DNA of 64,000 nt from the human T2T-CHM13v2.0 reference genome, Homo sapiens, in assembly GCF_009914755.1 (NCBI RefSeq), contig NC_060934.1. The stretch is one strand, 5' to 3'. The notes beneath the pieces are model-generated. The model did not search any database. It was not told the DNA's origin and worked only from the letters and a program-made list of their open reading frames with translations. Positions 14,676 through 28,350 of the stretch are shown one piece after another; position 1 is the stretch's first letter; the number at the start of each line of letters is the position of its first letter. The translations under genes were made by a program, and so were the position numbers.

Positions 14676-15918
14676 ATGCAGAAATATTTTTCATTTCCTC
14701 TGGCCCATTGCTTTCTCACTGCCTGGCAGACATTTGATGTTGGAACCAGAGGCTATGGGTGCATCTGCTGAGGCCTGGAGACTTTGTATTGTTTGCACTG
14801 ATTTCCTAGGTCTTCTGGTTCCTCTCCTCCCCCAACACCCTCTGGTGTGAGGGTCATAAATCAGAAGTGGTGAACTGTTCTTTGGTATCTTGTCAGTGGC
14901 ATGTTGGGTGCATTAAAAGACTTCATGTGCCCCTTTGCCTACATAGACTGGCAAATGTCCCCAGGTAGAAGCTATAGGGAGCAATCTAATGGTGCTCATT
15001 ACTAAATGTCACAAAGAACTAAACTGCTACTCCCAGAGAAGTAAAATTACATTAGCAACCAGAAATTGCTGAACTTTAACCATTGAGATGAACAGAAAAA
15101 TTTGTGACATGACATTGCTATTCTTTTTATTATATATGTTTTTCCATTTAAGAAATTGAATTTAAAAAGCCTTCTAGAGTTTTATAGGCTCAATTACGAG
15201 CTTCCTTTCCTAATCCTAATTTATTCAGAAGGAATCAAACTCCTTAGAGACAAATTCTCCTACCCTGCAGGGTTTTCTGGACCTACTGTATCTGGGTATA
15301 AGTGACAGACAGTGATTTGGCCAACTTACTTTAAAAAAGAATTGACAGGACTGAAGAAAAATCTGAAGATGCAGGCTTGGAATGGGCAATTTGCAGAGCA
15401 GTAGAAGCCAAGCATCTTGGAAGGGGATGGCTGGAGGTATAAAGCAGCTCTAATGAAATTTCTGTCTATGAGTCACTCTACTCAAAATGTGAAATTGTGA
15501 GGAAGGAGTCCTAACGGGCTCTTTGAGTCTCAAGCCTATCTTTGGTTGGGGAAAGGGCGGGGCACCTTGACTGAGGGTCCGACCAAACCTACACACAGTG
15601 GGAGAGGTAATATCCCTGAATACTGGAAAAATGGAAACCACTGCCCACACACCAACTCTTAACGGCAGCCAGGAAATTACCACATGAAAATAAAGATTGA
15701 AGCAGGTAATATGGTAGTTCTGAGGCAGGATAGCCTATCCTAGAAAAGTTGATTATGGTTAATGTGGAAAAAGTACTGACACATAGACATGTATTGGAGA
15801 AATATTCATTGAGAGAAGCATTATTTGAAAGGATTAAGATTCTACTGTTCCTCTCAGAGTGGTTTTAGGATTGTCTATGGTGTAATGAGATATTTGCCAG
15901 CCCAATGTGGGTCTCGGA

Positions 15919-16136
15919 CAGGAGCTGACAAGCTTTTTCTGTAAGGGCCACATAGTAAATATTTTAGGTTTTGTAGACCATATAGTCTCTGTTGCAACTA
16001 CTCAACTCTGCCATTGTAGTGTGAAAGTGTCAGACAATATGTAAACAAACGGGGGTGGCTGTGGCCCAATAAAACTTTATTTACAAAAACAGGTGGTGGT
16101 GAGGTATGACCCATGGCTGTACCTTGCTGAGCCTTG
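15919..16136 (+). mobile_element. MER58A hAT DNA transposon
   Basis: ctttttctgtaagggccacatagtaaatattttagg...ctactcaactctgccattgtag...aataaaactttatttacaaaaacagg. Confidence 0.9.
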
Positions 16137-16299
16137 GTTTAGGGAGATACTTTATTGCTATGGTAGTTTGGTGGAGCCCAGTCAAGGCAGCAATTGTAGG
16201 CTCAATGTGAGTCATCAGTTTGCTCAGCAGCTGAGTCTGAGCACATTGGTGATGGGCCCTGGAAGACATGTCTAAAACAGAAAGAAAGCACATGGTAGT

Positions 16300-16475
16300 T
16301 GACCTGGGATTTCCGAGTTCATCCTGGTCCAACTGCTCAGTGATTGAGGGCTGCTAGAGCTCCCAGAGCCTCAGTTTCCTCATCTTTAAAGTGGAGAATA
16401 TAATTAGAATGCCCCTTATGTTTGTTGTTTATGAGAAATAGACAGCATGGAGCTTAATACGTAGTACTTAGAGCA
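16300..16475 (+). mobile_element. MIR
   Basis: Core gagcctcagtttcctcatctttaaagtggagaataata. Confidence 0.7.
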
Positions 16476-16883
16476 CACACTTTGTTCCTTCTCTTTCCTC
16501 CCTTCCTAAAGTCACATAGAAAGCATACATTGCTTCAATAGGTCTTCATTGAAAGATCACTGACATTTCATTCAACTTGGGAAATGTTTGAAAAAAGCCA
16601 ATGCCGTGTTTTTGAAGATTCTCAGGAGCACAGAATGATGAAAAAGAGGGTGAAGGAGTGGCCTTAGAAGGATGAGGAAAATACCTTGTCTCCCTGTCTT
16701 CCCTATCTTCTTTACGTTTCTCTCCAACCGTGGCCTCTTCTCTGGACAGACTCCCTTTGAGGTATGGGCAGTTCTGAGGCATATTCACAAGCAGGAGTTC
16801 CTGTGGAGGGAACTTTAAATCAGGCCCTTGGGGTAACAGGTTGGGAATGTAAAAGTATTCAGCCCAGAATGTGATACTGTCTT

Positions 16884-17343
16884 TGATGCAGGGTAGGCAG
16901 GCCCCAAAGTGGAGTTTAGCCCACTGGGTTCTTGGCTTTGTCCAAGAAAGAACTCAAGGGCAAGCCAGAGGTAGAAGGAAACAGCTTTATCGAAGAGACA
17001 GTGTTACAGCTCTATGACTGCTCCTGCAGAGCAGGGCTACTGTGTAGGCAGAAAGTAGCAGCTCAGGGCAGTTTTGTAGTCATATTTATACCCACTTTTA
17101 ATTGCATGCAGATTAAGGGGCAGTTTATGCAGAAATGTCTAGGGAAGATGTAGTAATCATTGGGTCCTTGCCATGGAAAGGGACGGTAACTCCCGGGTGT
17201 TGCCATAGCGACATGACACACTGGTGGGCATGATTGAAAGCTGCCTTGCCACCTCCCCCCCAACCCTGCCCTGTTTTAGCTAGTCCTCAATCTGGTCCAG
17301 TGTCTTGGCCCCACCCCTGGAGTCAATCCCACCTCCTACCTCA
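16884..17343 (-). mobile_element. ERV1 solo LTR (MER66-like)
   Basis: TG...CA termini; minus strand begins tgaggtaggaggtggga; 4-bp TSD tctt at 16880-16883 and 17344-17347. Confidence 0.85.
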
Positions 17344-17724
17344 TCTTCACATGTCTGAAGGGCTAAGCATATGAAATTGGCGAGACTTCTGCTGAATGGC
17401 CCCACAGGATGGAGGTAGGCATGGAAGCCATAAGCCATCCAAAAATGACATGGACAGCATGGGGAAGGGATGAGTTTCCTGTTGCTAGGGATAGTCAAGC
17501 AGATGGTTTCTAGGATGTTGGAGAGGGAATAAAGTCTTAATAGGAGTCAGGCTCTTATGACTCATGAATCCCTTTTGAGTTTGTGGAAGTTCAGAAGAGA
17601 CAGGTCAGGGCATGAGGTGTTCCTGAAGATCAGTTACCCAAACATATCAGCAGTAGTCTACTCCTGACTGGGAACAGATTCTTCTCTACAATTGTAGAAT
17701 GCCCCATTTTGGGGAAAGGTAATG

Positions 17725-17975
17725 ATAGGTAACATTTATTGAGCTCTTCCAATGTGCCAGGAACTCATTTGTGTACTTTAAATGTTTTCTTTTTTTTTTT
17801 TTTTTTTTCTCACAATGGCTTTAAGAGGTTGGTGCTCATTGTTGTGTTCATTTTACGGATGAGTAAACTGAGGTCCAGGGAGGTTAAATACCATGCCTAA
17901 GACTGCGCAGATAATAGGCGATGCCGAGATCTGAAAATTAAATATTCAAATTCCAGAGCCCACACTGTTAATCTG
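17725..17975 (-). mobile_element. MIR
   Basis: aacatttattgagc...cattttacggatgagtaaactgaggtccagggaggttaaata. Confidence 0.8.
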
Positions 17976-18309
17976 AATTTTATTCAAAATTAAATAATTA
18001 GGAGAGAGAGGCCTTTTTGGCATAACATTGTGGTATATTGGTACAATTTAATAAGAAAATTGTATTTCAGGAACTAAAAGTTTGAAAATTTAATGAAGGC
18101 AAATAACCCTTTTTAGCAAAATTAAATAACGATGTGTTAGGTTCTGGCATTCAGTTTGTGGTAATCCTCTCAGAGCAAGAAGCTTTTGGTTTAGTTCTGG
18201 CTGTGACTGCCACTTACTTGCGTTATAATCTTGAATTCAGACACCTTTAGGGTCTCTACTCCTGGCCCCATTTTCTGAGGTGGCCCCACAAAGAAGTGAC
18301 CCATGCTGG

Positions 18310-19049
18310 TGTGGACTAAGCTCTGATTTTTTTTATCTTGCCCAAATTCCTTTCTAAGGTGTCTGGGGAGTCATGCCCTACAAGCCATAAATTCTCATCA
18401 GATGGGTTTTATTTTACCCTATATATCGTGACTTACTTTCCAACCTGACTCTGGCATAACAAGGGAAAAAATAAAAATGTTTTACCCCAAAATATATTTC
18501 CTTGCCATACCTTGAAATTGCCCTGCAAAGTCTTTTGTGGGAAAAATCCACATTCTGTAGGGAATCCTCTTTCCCCTTTGTTTTCCTTCCTTCCTTTTCA
18601 GATCCAGGAGATAATCAACTAAGAGGCAGGTACCCTTTTAAGTCTGATAGGAAACATTTTTCAACCTGCTCTCTGTAAAGTCTGCTGAGAGCTTCCTCTG
18701 CACAATAAAACTTAGTCTCCACATCTTTCATCTCAACCTGAACATTTCCTTCGATCCCAGGTCTTCAGATAACCAGTTATCAACCAGAAAGAGTTTAAAT
18801 TTATCTATAGCCTGGAAGCCCCCGCTTTGAGTTGCCCCACCTTTCTGAACGAAACCAATGTATTTCTTAAATGTATTTGATTGACGTCTCAGGCCTCCCT
18901 AAAATATATAAAACCAAGCTGTGCCCAGACCACCTTGGGCACGTGTTCTCAGGACCTCCTGAGGGCTGTGTCATGGCCATGGTCACTCATGTTTGGCTCA
19001 GAATAAGTCTCTTAAAATGTTTTATGAAGTTTGACTCTTCTCGTCAACA
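18310..19049 (+). mobile_element. MER4A-like ERV1 solo LTR, complete
   Basis: tgtggactaagctctga...tttgactcttctcgtcaaca; 4-bp TSD ctgg at 18306-18309 and 19050-19053. Confidence 0.92.
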
Positions 19050-19624
19050 CTGGTTACTGGTGTAGGGAGGAGGGGAAGAAAGGAATGTGCCTGCAAGTTC
19101 AAAAGGACTCCCAGAGCATACATGCAGCTGAGAAAGAGAAAATGTTATTTTGACAGCTGGCCTTAGGAGAAGTGGTCTTTGTTTAAGTCCTTGAGTACAG
19201 AAAGCAAGGGCTGGAAGAAATGATCTAGAAGACAGGCCTCTGGGTTAGGAGATCAGGCCGTTTGGTTTGACTCTTAAAGGATGTGGTGGCCCCTGTTGAC
19301 ATTCAGGTTGCACTCTTCAGTCACCCATTTCTTCACCCAGGACCAAAGCAGAGTGTACTCCTTACTTTGCTGACTTATTAGACACAATGGGCTGCATATT
19401 TGGGACTTTTCCATTTATGGTTGCTCTAGAGATGTTAATTTTAACCTGATTTTCCTTGGCTGTGAGTGCTGCAAAGCTGAAGAGGGGGTGGCAGACACTG
19501 ACTTGACAGGCCTGGAAACATTTTAGTTATGTGATTCAAGAGAAAAAAAAAATACCGTAAAACCACAGAGAACACAGTTGGAGCTTCCATCACGGAAAGC
19601 ACAGTCCCCAACCAACCCTTGTTG

Positions 19625-19762
19625 CTAGTCCAGCTCTGCCATGTGATGTTGGGAAAGGCATTTCATCTCTCTGAGTCTTGGTTTTTCCATCTGCAAAATA
19701 AGGGTGTTTAGACTGAATGATCTCTCCAGTCAACCCTTCCTGCTGTAAATTCTATCATTCTT
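19625..19762 (+). mobile_element. MIR/MIR3
   Basis: tctctgagtcttggtttttccatctgcaaaataaggg...gactgaatgatctct. Confidence 0.7.
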
Positions 19763-20061
19763 CAGTATTTCTTTTTCGGTATTGAGGGATTTGGTTTTTT
19801 ATTCTTTTCTATTTTTACAGAAGATAACTCATACAAGGAGAAGCGTGGTGGTGACATGATCCTGGAAAAAAAATCAATGTATTTTCTGAATCTTTTTTTC
19901 CCATATAAATTCTATATTTCTGTGTGTTTCTTGCTCCCCCTTCTGTCCAAACTTTGGTTTACTCTGAATATTTTCACATTTTGAAGGTCATTGTACAGAC
20001 TTGGAGCTTTACTGTTTGGAACCTTTGCCATTATTGTCATTGCTGATATTTCCTGTTTCAC

Positions 20062-20800
20062 TTTTAAAAATTGAGTTGGAATTCACATAACTAGAAAATT
20101 AGCCATTTCAAGTGTACAATTCAGTGACATTTAGCACGTCCAGAGTATTGTGGAACTAACAGCTCTATCTAGTTCCAAAATATTTTCCTCATCCCAAAGT
20201 GAAACCCTGTACCCATTAATCAGCTACTCCCTACTCTCTTTTCCTTTCAGTTCTGGCAACCATCATTCTGGTATCTGTATTTATAGATTTATCTTTTCTG
20301 ATATTTCATGTGAATGAAATCATACAAAATGTGACCTCGTGTGTCTGGTTTCCTTCACTTAGCATTGTGTTCTTGAGGTTCATCACGTTGTAGCATGTGT
20401 CAATACTTCATTCGTTTTAATGGCTAAATAATTTTCCATTTCATTATATGTGCATATCACATTGTCTATCCATTCATCTGTTGATGGATATTTGGCTTCC
20501 ACCTTTGGCTATCATGAATAGTGCTGAGGTGAACATTCATATACTTGTACTTGTTTTCAATTCTTTTGGGTATATACCTAGGAGTGCAATTGCTTAGTTA
20601 TATGGTAATTCTATGTTTAACTTCTTGAGAAACTGCCCAACTATTTTCCACAGTGGCTGCACCATTTTGTATTCCCACCAATGTGTGAGAGTTCCAGTTT
20701 CTCCACATCTTTGTCAACTCTTGTGATTTTCCATTTTCTCCTTTTGCTTATAGTCATCCTAGTGGGTATGAAATGATATCTCATTGTGGTTTTGATATTT
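20062..20800 (-). mobile_element. L1MB-type 3' end
   Basis: aagtgtacaattcagtg...ttgggtatatacctaggagtg...tatctcattgtggttttgat; antisense ORF 20641-20877 contains IKTTMRYH (ORF2p). Confidence 0.88.
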
Positions 20801-21026
20801 ACCTTTAGGAGGTCACAGGTTATCTTTCCTACTCCCACCACCTCAGCCCAGCACAAGAGCAGATAGATACCAGGCAAATCCTTTGGTAAAATTCATTTGA
20901 ACCACCAATCTGATCTTATTCCCCTGTTTTATATACCTGGGCCTTACTTTCATGCTTGTGTCAATCCTGTTCCCAGGATACAGTTCTGTGCCTTTATGTG
21001 AAAATGTCTTACTGACCTTTTGCTCA

Positions 21027-21483
<457 letters not shown>

Positions 21484-23784
21484 TAATTACTCTTGGTCTT
21501 GTGTGGAGTTGGTTGTGTCAACTGCATTTTCCTGGACAGGCCACACCTGAAGGGCCATGCCACCTGCTTCAGCCAGTGCTCTCTTCAGGGGACCTTGAAG
21601 CTAGTTTTTGTGTCACAGTTAAAGGGTAGTCTTTGTTCTCACTCTCCTGAGGAGCTTCTATTTCTGCAGGGGATGCATTTGGATTTCTAACTGCAGTGGT
21701 ATCATCTCCAGGAAACCACACTTAGGTGGTTCATCTGGCTCAGAGAGAGGTGAACTCCAGATTTCAGTGTGACATAGTCAGCAAAATCTAGCAGGCTGGC
21801 ATATGGCTGAGGCCAGCAGGGGTTAGTTGTTTTTGCCATCTAGCTGACCCTTCTTATCAAGAATTTCTTCTCTTTCCTCACACACCATTCCTCTTGCTAA
21901 GAGGTCAAGCCAAAGTCAAAATTTTGTAAGGACAGTCCAGTTTTCAAAAATTTAGGGGTGATGTTTCTCTAGCTTCTGTGAATAATAAGATTTACCCACC
22001 TTCTATTACAAAATTAAGCATCAAGGAGTTAAGAAAAAGTACCTAAAACTCAGAAATGAGACAGAAAGATTGGTAATATGTTCTTTTATGATCATATGGG
22101 AGCATAGTTTAGCAGACCTGTCCAAAGAGTTTTTAATTATCCAGGCAGGAGAATAAAGTTTGTTTAGCCCACTCATTACCATTAATTAGTTTCCAGATTT
22201 AATGAAGTTACACGTTAACATGTAGATTTTTCAAATCATTTCTATTTAGTGGAAAAAACCCCAAAGTTATGGTTTATTGCCTTGTATGTCATTAGCCAGT
22301 TTTGTATCTAACCTAGTAATCTTGCTCTAACATTGTTCCAAATACTTATGAAAACCTACATCCTCAAAATGCTCTTTGAAGAAGCTTTGTCATCTTGTTG
22401 GTTTCCTCATTAATTAATGAATTAAATAACATCCTTGACTCATGTTCATTTTATATTTGTATGAGAATCATGTTTTTAACTTTTTGAGAATTTTACTTTG
22501 ACAAGGGTTTCAGATGTTTCTGGTAGACACCCAGGGAGGATGGGATTGAATCAAAGATAGCATAAATGCAGGGATTATGTCCTATGGGGACTGATGTTAT
22601 CTGCTTTGCTAGACAAGATAGTCATGGATCCATTTGGTGGTTTCAGTTGAACACTGAAGGTTCCCTGGGATATTGGCCCTTACTGTAGGTCTATGATTTT
22701 ATGGTATTTCGAAGCCTTGCCTTCATTTTCAATGTTAATTCTGCCCAATGTCTGATAGCTTTGGGCCTCCACCTCTGGCTTCTCTGTTCTCTTCCAGCTC
22801 TTCAGCGTCTGACGTTCACAACCCAAACGCCCAGCTGGTGAATCTATTCACTCCTGACTTCTTCTAGTCTTCCTTTCTTGTGTGAGACTTCTGTACTTAC
22901 AGGTTCTACAGGCTGGATTTTTGGCGCCCCCTTCATAACCTGTTGAAACTCCTTCTTCCTGCTGCCTACCTGTGAGGCACACATCTGATCTGCCTGGAGA
23001 AGAAACTCTGGGGCAGAATTTTTCGCAAGAGCGACTAGTGGGATCTTGGGTAGACTTGGCTTTAGACTGAATTGACTCTTTCTAGTGTGTTTGAGGGCAA
23101 GTGAGCCTGTGTGCTCAATTATATCGTCTTTACTTTAAAATCCACTTCCTGTCATCAGTTCCTCAGGCTGTTTAATCTCCTGGTCACTCATCAGCACTTG
23201 AGCTATTCTTCTCTCTATCTTTATCTCTTCCCACAGTTCAAAGCAGAATGTTCTAGGAGGTGGGCTCACTTTGATAATTCTCCTTCTTCTCCTACCCATC
23301 AGAGAGCCTTCCTCCTCCAGATGAGCCTTTCCTGTCTTGGGTTGAGGAAAGATTGTTTTAATTTATCGGTCTTCATTCTTGTTTTTCTATTCCCCTCTAG
23401 TCTATAATGGCTTCTTCTCTAAGGTATCATTTTTTCCTGGTGTCTGGGATTCCATGGTAGGTGAAGGCTGAACAGCTGAGAGGCTGGCCCCACTTCTAGA
23501 GGCCCTGTTCCCTGAGGCAGGCTCAGCTTTCCCCTCTAGCCAGATACCTATGTTGGCATCCCTCTGGGAGGATACCAGTGACCCCTAATATTGTATGTTT
23601 TTGGGTCAGAGTTTACATATGTCCTGCTCTGCCCTGACCTTAGTAGGGGCTGAAGGAAGTTAGAACTTACTTCTATTTCTCAGGTTATCAGGTCCTTTTT
23701 TAATAGGCTTGTCAGAGGGAATAGAGCACTGTCTTTATGCCTCTCCAGTAGTACCACTTTTCACTCTGCTCTGGGGTGTAATCA

Positions 23785-24084
23785 TTTTTTTTTTTTTTTT
23801 TTGGTTAGATTGGGTCTCTCTCTGTTGCCCCAGCTGGAGTGCAGTGGCGTGATCATGGCTCACTACTCACTGCAGTCTTGAACTCCTGGCCTCAAGCAAT
23901 CCTCCCATCTCAGCCTTCTGAGTAGCTGGGACTACAGCAGTATGCCACCACACCTGGCTAATTTAAAATTTTTTTAGAGACAGGGTCTTGCCGTGTTGCT
24001 CAGGCTGATCTCAAACTCTCGGCCTCAAGTGATCCTTCCACCTCAGCCTCCTAAAACCCTGGGATTATAGGCTCATGCTTGGCC
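23785..24084 (-). mobile_element. AluJ
   Basis: TSD tggggtgt(a/g)atcatt at 23772-23786 and 24085-24099. Confidence 0.93.
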
Positions 24085-24099
24085 TGGGGTGTGATCATT

Positions 24100-24185
24100 G
24101 TGAGCTTTATAGATCCCCTACAGTGCCTAGAATAGTTGCCAAGAGATGTTGCTTGATATGTGTTTGTTGAATAAATGAATGAATC
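24100..24185 (+). mobile_element. L2 3' terminus
   Basis: cagtgcctagaatagt...tgtttgttgaataaatgaatgaat. Confidence 0.7.
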
Positions 24186-24648
24186 AAATCAGTGGGATTC
24201 ATTTTGACCCTTGGGTTCCACTTTGGTTCAGGCCCTGATTGGTCCAAATATTGTTTTTCCAAATATCTAGCTTTGCAGTCTTCATTATTTAAAATGTTAT
24301 AAGAATATATATTTAAGAAATATCATGTAAAATATTGATGCTGGTATAGTGGAGACCCATTAAAACCTGGGGTCTTTCTATTTTTAAAATTCTGCAAAAC
24401 ATAAGTCTCATCTGTACTGAGAGAATTCCAGCTAAAACATGGCAGGTCTATGAGGCACATGTCAGTCCAGGACTGTGCTAACAATCCAGCCAGGATTTGT
24501 GGTTGGTTGTGTCAGTAGAAAGATGTCAACTGTGGAGTTTGATGTTGCTCTACATACTAACAGCAAATTAATGTTATTAAAATGTTTGGTTACTAAATAC
24601 AAAAAAGACTTCCTTGCATAGACTGACTGTACACTGAGAGCCAGAGCT

Positions 24649-24756
24649 TTCTTTCTTGACTTAGACCTTAAAAAGATTATTTTAATTTGTAGGACTTCTT
24701 TCTTGCCTTAGACCTTAAAAAGATTATTTTAATTTGTAGGACTTCTTTCTTGCCTT
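24649..24756. repeat. 47-bp tandem duplication (~2.3 copies)
   Basis: ttctttcttg(a/c)cttagaccttaaaaagattattttaatttgtaggac repeated with period 47. Confidence 0.95.
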
Positions 24757-25369
24757 TCTACTCCTCTCAATTCTTTTTTCAAGCTGTTGTTGATGCAATC
24801 TAGATTTTCCCAAATGGGACAACTTGAAACAGAAGTGAATTCATTCTTAAATGAATGTATGAGGAGAGAGAACAGCTCAGGAATGTATTTTGGTGATTAG
24901 CCATCAAGCCAGGAGAAAGGGTGGCAGTTGGCTGGAACTCACCCGTATCCAGTCTGCATTCATTTTGCATCCTTCTTTATACATATGTCACTCTCCTCTT
25001 TTAATGGAGAAAAAACCCAAGTAAACATTGTTAAGCACATTTTGGAAAAGGGTTTAGTCTTAAAATAATATTGTGCACAGTATGCATGCAAGAGAATTTG
25101 AAATTTTTGGAAGTGAAATTAGACAGGCTCAAATCCTTTGTGGACTGAAGTGATGTGTAGAAATAAGTGTAACAGAGATCAGAGTATCTCTAACTATCCT
25201 AGAGTGTGGGACATAAGAGAGAATAACCTTGGAGGGATTGAATGAATGTCATTTATGAGAAGTTTATGAAACTTTGCACCTTTTAATTTGGGAACTGACG
25301 TTTTGGAAAAGAGAAGCAAAAAGATGTCATCAAAAGAAAAGACAGAACAAAATGTGACTTATAGTATGT

Positions 25370-25510
25370 TAAAGAGACCTCAGTGGTTATTTTGTCCAAT
25401 CTTTTTATTTCACACAAAGGAAACTGGTGTTCAGGGAGGTTGAGTGACTTGCCCAAGGTCACCCAGACACTTAATGGCATATCCTGGAATTGAATCTAAT
25501 TTCCTCTTTA
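25370..25510 (-). mobile_element. MIR
   Basis: ggaaactggtgttcagggaggttgagtgacttgcccaaggtcacccag. Confidence 0.75.
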
Positions 25511-26962
25511 ATAAACCAGTATTCCTGTGGTGTTATGACTCCTGTGGTCCCTGTTTACCTAATGTGGAGCACGTGAAGCTTTTGAGAGAATGCAAAATGC
25601 TCCAATTGAGCACACAGAGACCTATGGAGCAATTTAAAATCCCATGACCCTGCTTTGTAATTGTGGAGTTTGCAGCTCATTTTATTTAATGTATGCTAGT
25701 CTCTAGTGGATAGTTTTCTGGCAGACTTCTGTATTTAATTTTTTGTATCATTCCTTTGGAGAGGATTGCAGACTCCCAAGGACATTGCAGGTACCCCTAA
25801 TAGGACTTTGCTGTAATTAATGTTTTGGGGCTGTATTCTTCATTCATACCCACACAAAAGGAAGACACTTTAATTTCACTATTCCACTGTTTAGTAGCTG
25901 AGAATTTGGACATTTTATTATCCTGTCACATGTCTTTGTGAATGTGTTTCTAGCTGGTAAACATGGTTATTTTTACTTCTTTTTGAAAGTTTTTTTAAAA
26001 AGCATTTTGCTTCTTTTTAAAAAACTTTGTTCATGCCTCCTCTGGATTTACCAATCTTTGCTGGCCATTTGTTGCTTGATTTTTTTTTTCCTACCTTTTT
26101 GTCTAACTAGACAGTTTCTCATCTTCCCAATGCCATGAGCTTTTCTCAACTTTACTATTTGGTTTTGAATGGACAAGGATCTAGTTTTCTATATAACTTT
26201 ATTATCTCTTGGAGGCAATTAAAAATTGTGGCAAGATATACTTATCATACAATTTACTATTTTAATCACTTTTATGTGTACAATTCAGTGACATTGATTT
26301 ATTCACAATGTTGTGGAACCATCATTTCATTAATCATTTCCAGAACTTTTCATCATCTCAAACAGAAACTCGGTTCCTATTAAATTATAACTCCCCATTC
26401 CCTCCCCCTATTTAACCTTCATTTAACTTTCTGTCTCTATGATTTTCACTATTCTAGGTACTTCACATAGGTGGAGTCATACAACATTTTTTCTTTTGTG
26501 TCCGGTTTATTCCACTTAACACAATGTTTTCAATGTTTGGCCATGTTATAGTGTATTTCAGAATTTTATTCTTTTTTAAGGCTAAATAATACTTGATTGT
26601 ATGTATATATGGTGTTTTGTTTTTCCATGCATCTATTGGTAGACATTTAAGTTTTTTCTACCTTTTGGCCATTGTGAATAATGCCACTATGAACGTTGGC
26701 ATACGCATTTGAGTTGCGGCTTTTGTATACCTAGAAGTGGAATTGCTAGGTCATATGATCATTCTATTTTAACTTTTTGAGGAATTGTCAAACTGTTTTC
26801 CACCCCTGCACTGTTTTACATTCCCACCAGCAATGCACAAGGGTTCCAATTTCTCCACATCTTTACTTATACTTGTTATTTTCCACTTTTTTGGTAATTG
26901 CCATACCAGTATGTGTGGAGTGGTATGTCATGGTAAAGTTTTGATTGGCATTTCTCTAATGA

Positions 26963-27408
<446 letters not shown>

Positions 27409-27483
27409 ACACATTATTGATATTAATTCCTTATCAGATACAGGATTTGCACATTTTTTTTCTTTCTCTGAGTTGTTTTTACC

Positions 27484-27697
27484 TTTTTTTTTTTTTTTTT
27501 TTTTTTTTAGAGATGGGGTCTGGCTATGTTGTCCAGGCTGGAATGCAGTGGCTATTCACAGGTGTGGCTGGAATGCAGTGGTTATTCACAGGTGTGGTCA
27601 CAGTTCACTGTGACATTAAACTTCAAGGTTGAAGTGATCCTTCTGTCTCAGCCTCCCAAATACCTGAAATGACAGGTGCATGCCACCATGCTCAGCT
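27484..27697 (-). mobile_element. FAM (fossil Alu monomer, 7SL-derived) with internal 30-bp duplication
   Basis: Carries gcagtggctattcacagg (antisense of 7SL cctgtgaatagccactgc), which dimeric Alus lack; monomer length. Confidence 0.85.
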
Positions 27698-28149
27698 AAT
27701 TTTTTAAACTCTTTTTTATAGTATCCTTGTGATTCATGAAAGTTTTAAATTTTGACAAAGTCTGATTTGTTTTTTTCTTTTGTGGCTTGTGCAAGGCTTA
27801 ATGCATTTTGAGTTTCAGGTAGGACGGTGACTCTCTTAGAACTGTGAGGTGTCATACAGTCAGTGACAATAATGCCTCTGCCTCTAGTGCTGTAATCATT
27901 AGCCATGGATATTCTGAATTCTTTTCACCGTGGGTAGGGCCTCTTACCTGCCCACTCTAGGGAGGTTTCTTAAAATCTGGTAGAAGGCAGTTGTGCTATT
28001 CTCAGATCAGTAGCCCAGTTATGCCGCTGTGCAGATCAGGGGCCACATGCCCCAATCTGACAAGCCAAGTGGGAAATATCAAAGTGTGAATTTTGCAGAG
28101 TGTAAAATTGGATTAGGGAGTCAACTGCAGTGGGTAGCTAGCTTCCCAA

Positions 28150-28350
28150 ACTCTGCGGCCTGATTGCCCACATCTAAATCCTGGCTGGGCTATTTATCAC
28201 TTGTAGGACTTCAGGCAAATTATTCAATTATCTCTGCCTCAGTTTTCTCTTAGGTAATATGGGGATAGGGTTGTGAAAGCAACTCATGAGTTAATGCATA
28301 TAAAATGCTTGAAATAGTGCTCGGCATATCGCAAGTCCTCAACAAATGTT
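28150..28350 (+). mobile_element. MIR
   Basis: aaatcctggct...caggcaaattattcaattatctctgcctcagttttct...tataaaatgcttgaaatagtgc. Confidence 0.75.

Noticed and set aside
19790-19870. Splice acceptor ttttacAG at 19820 as an exon start
   Set aside because: No convincing downstream donor or ORF; such sites are common
24649-24756. CRISPR-like repeat array
   Set aside because: Contiguous tandem duplication with no spacers and no cas genes, in primate DNA
27484-27697. 7SL/SRP RNA gene
   Set aside because: Lacks the S domain, is diverged and poly(A)-tailed; fits FAM
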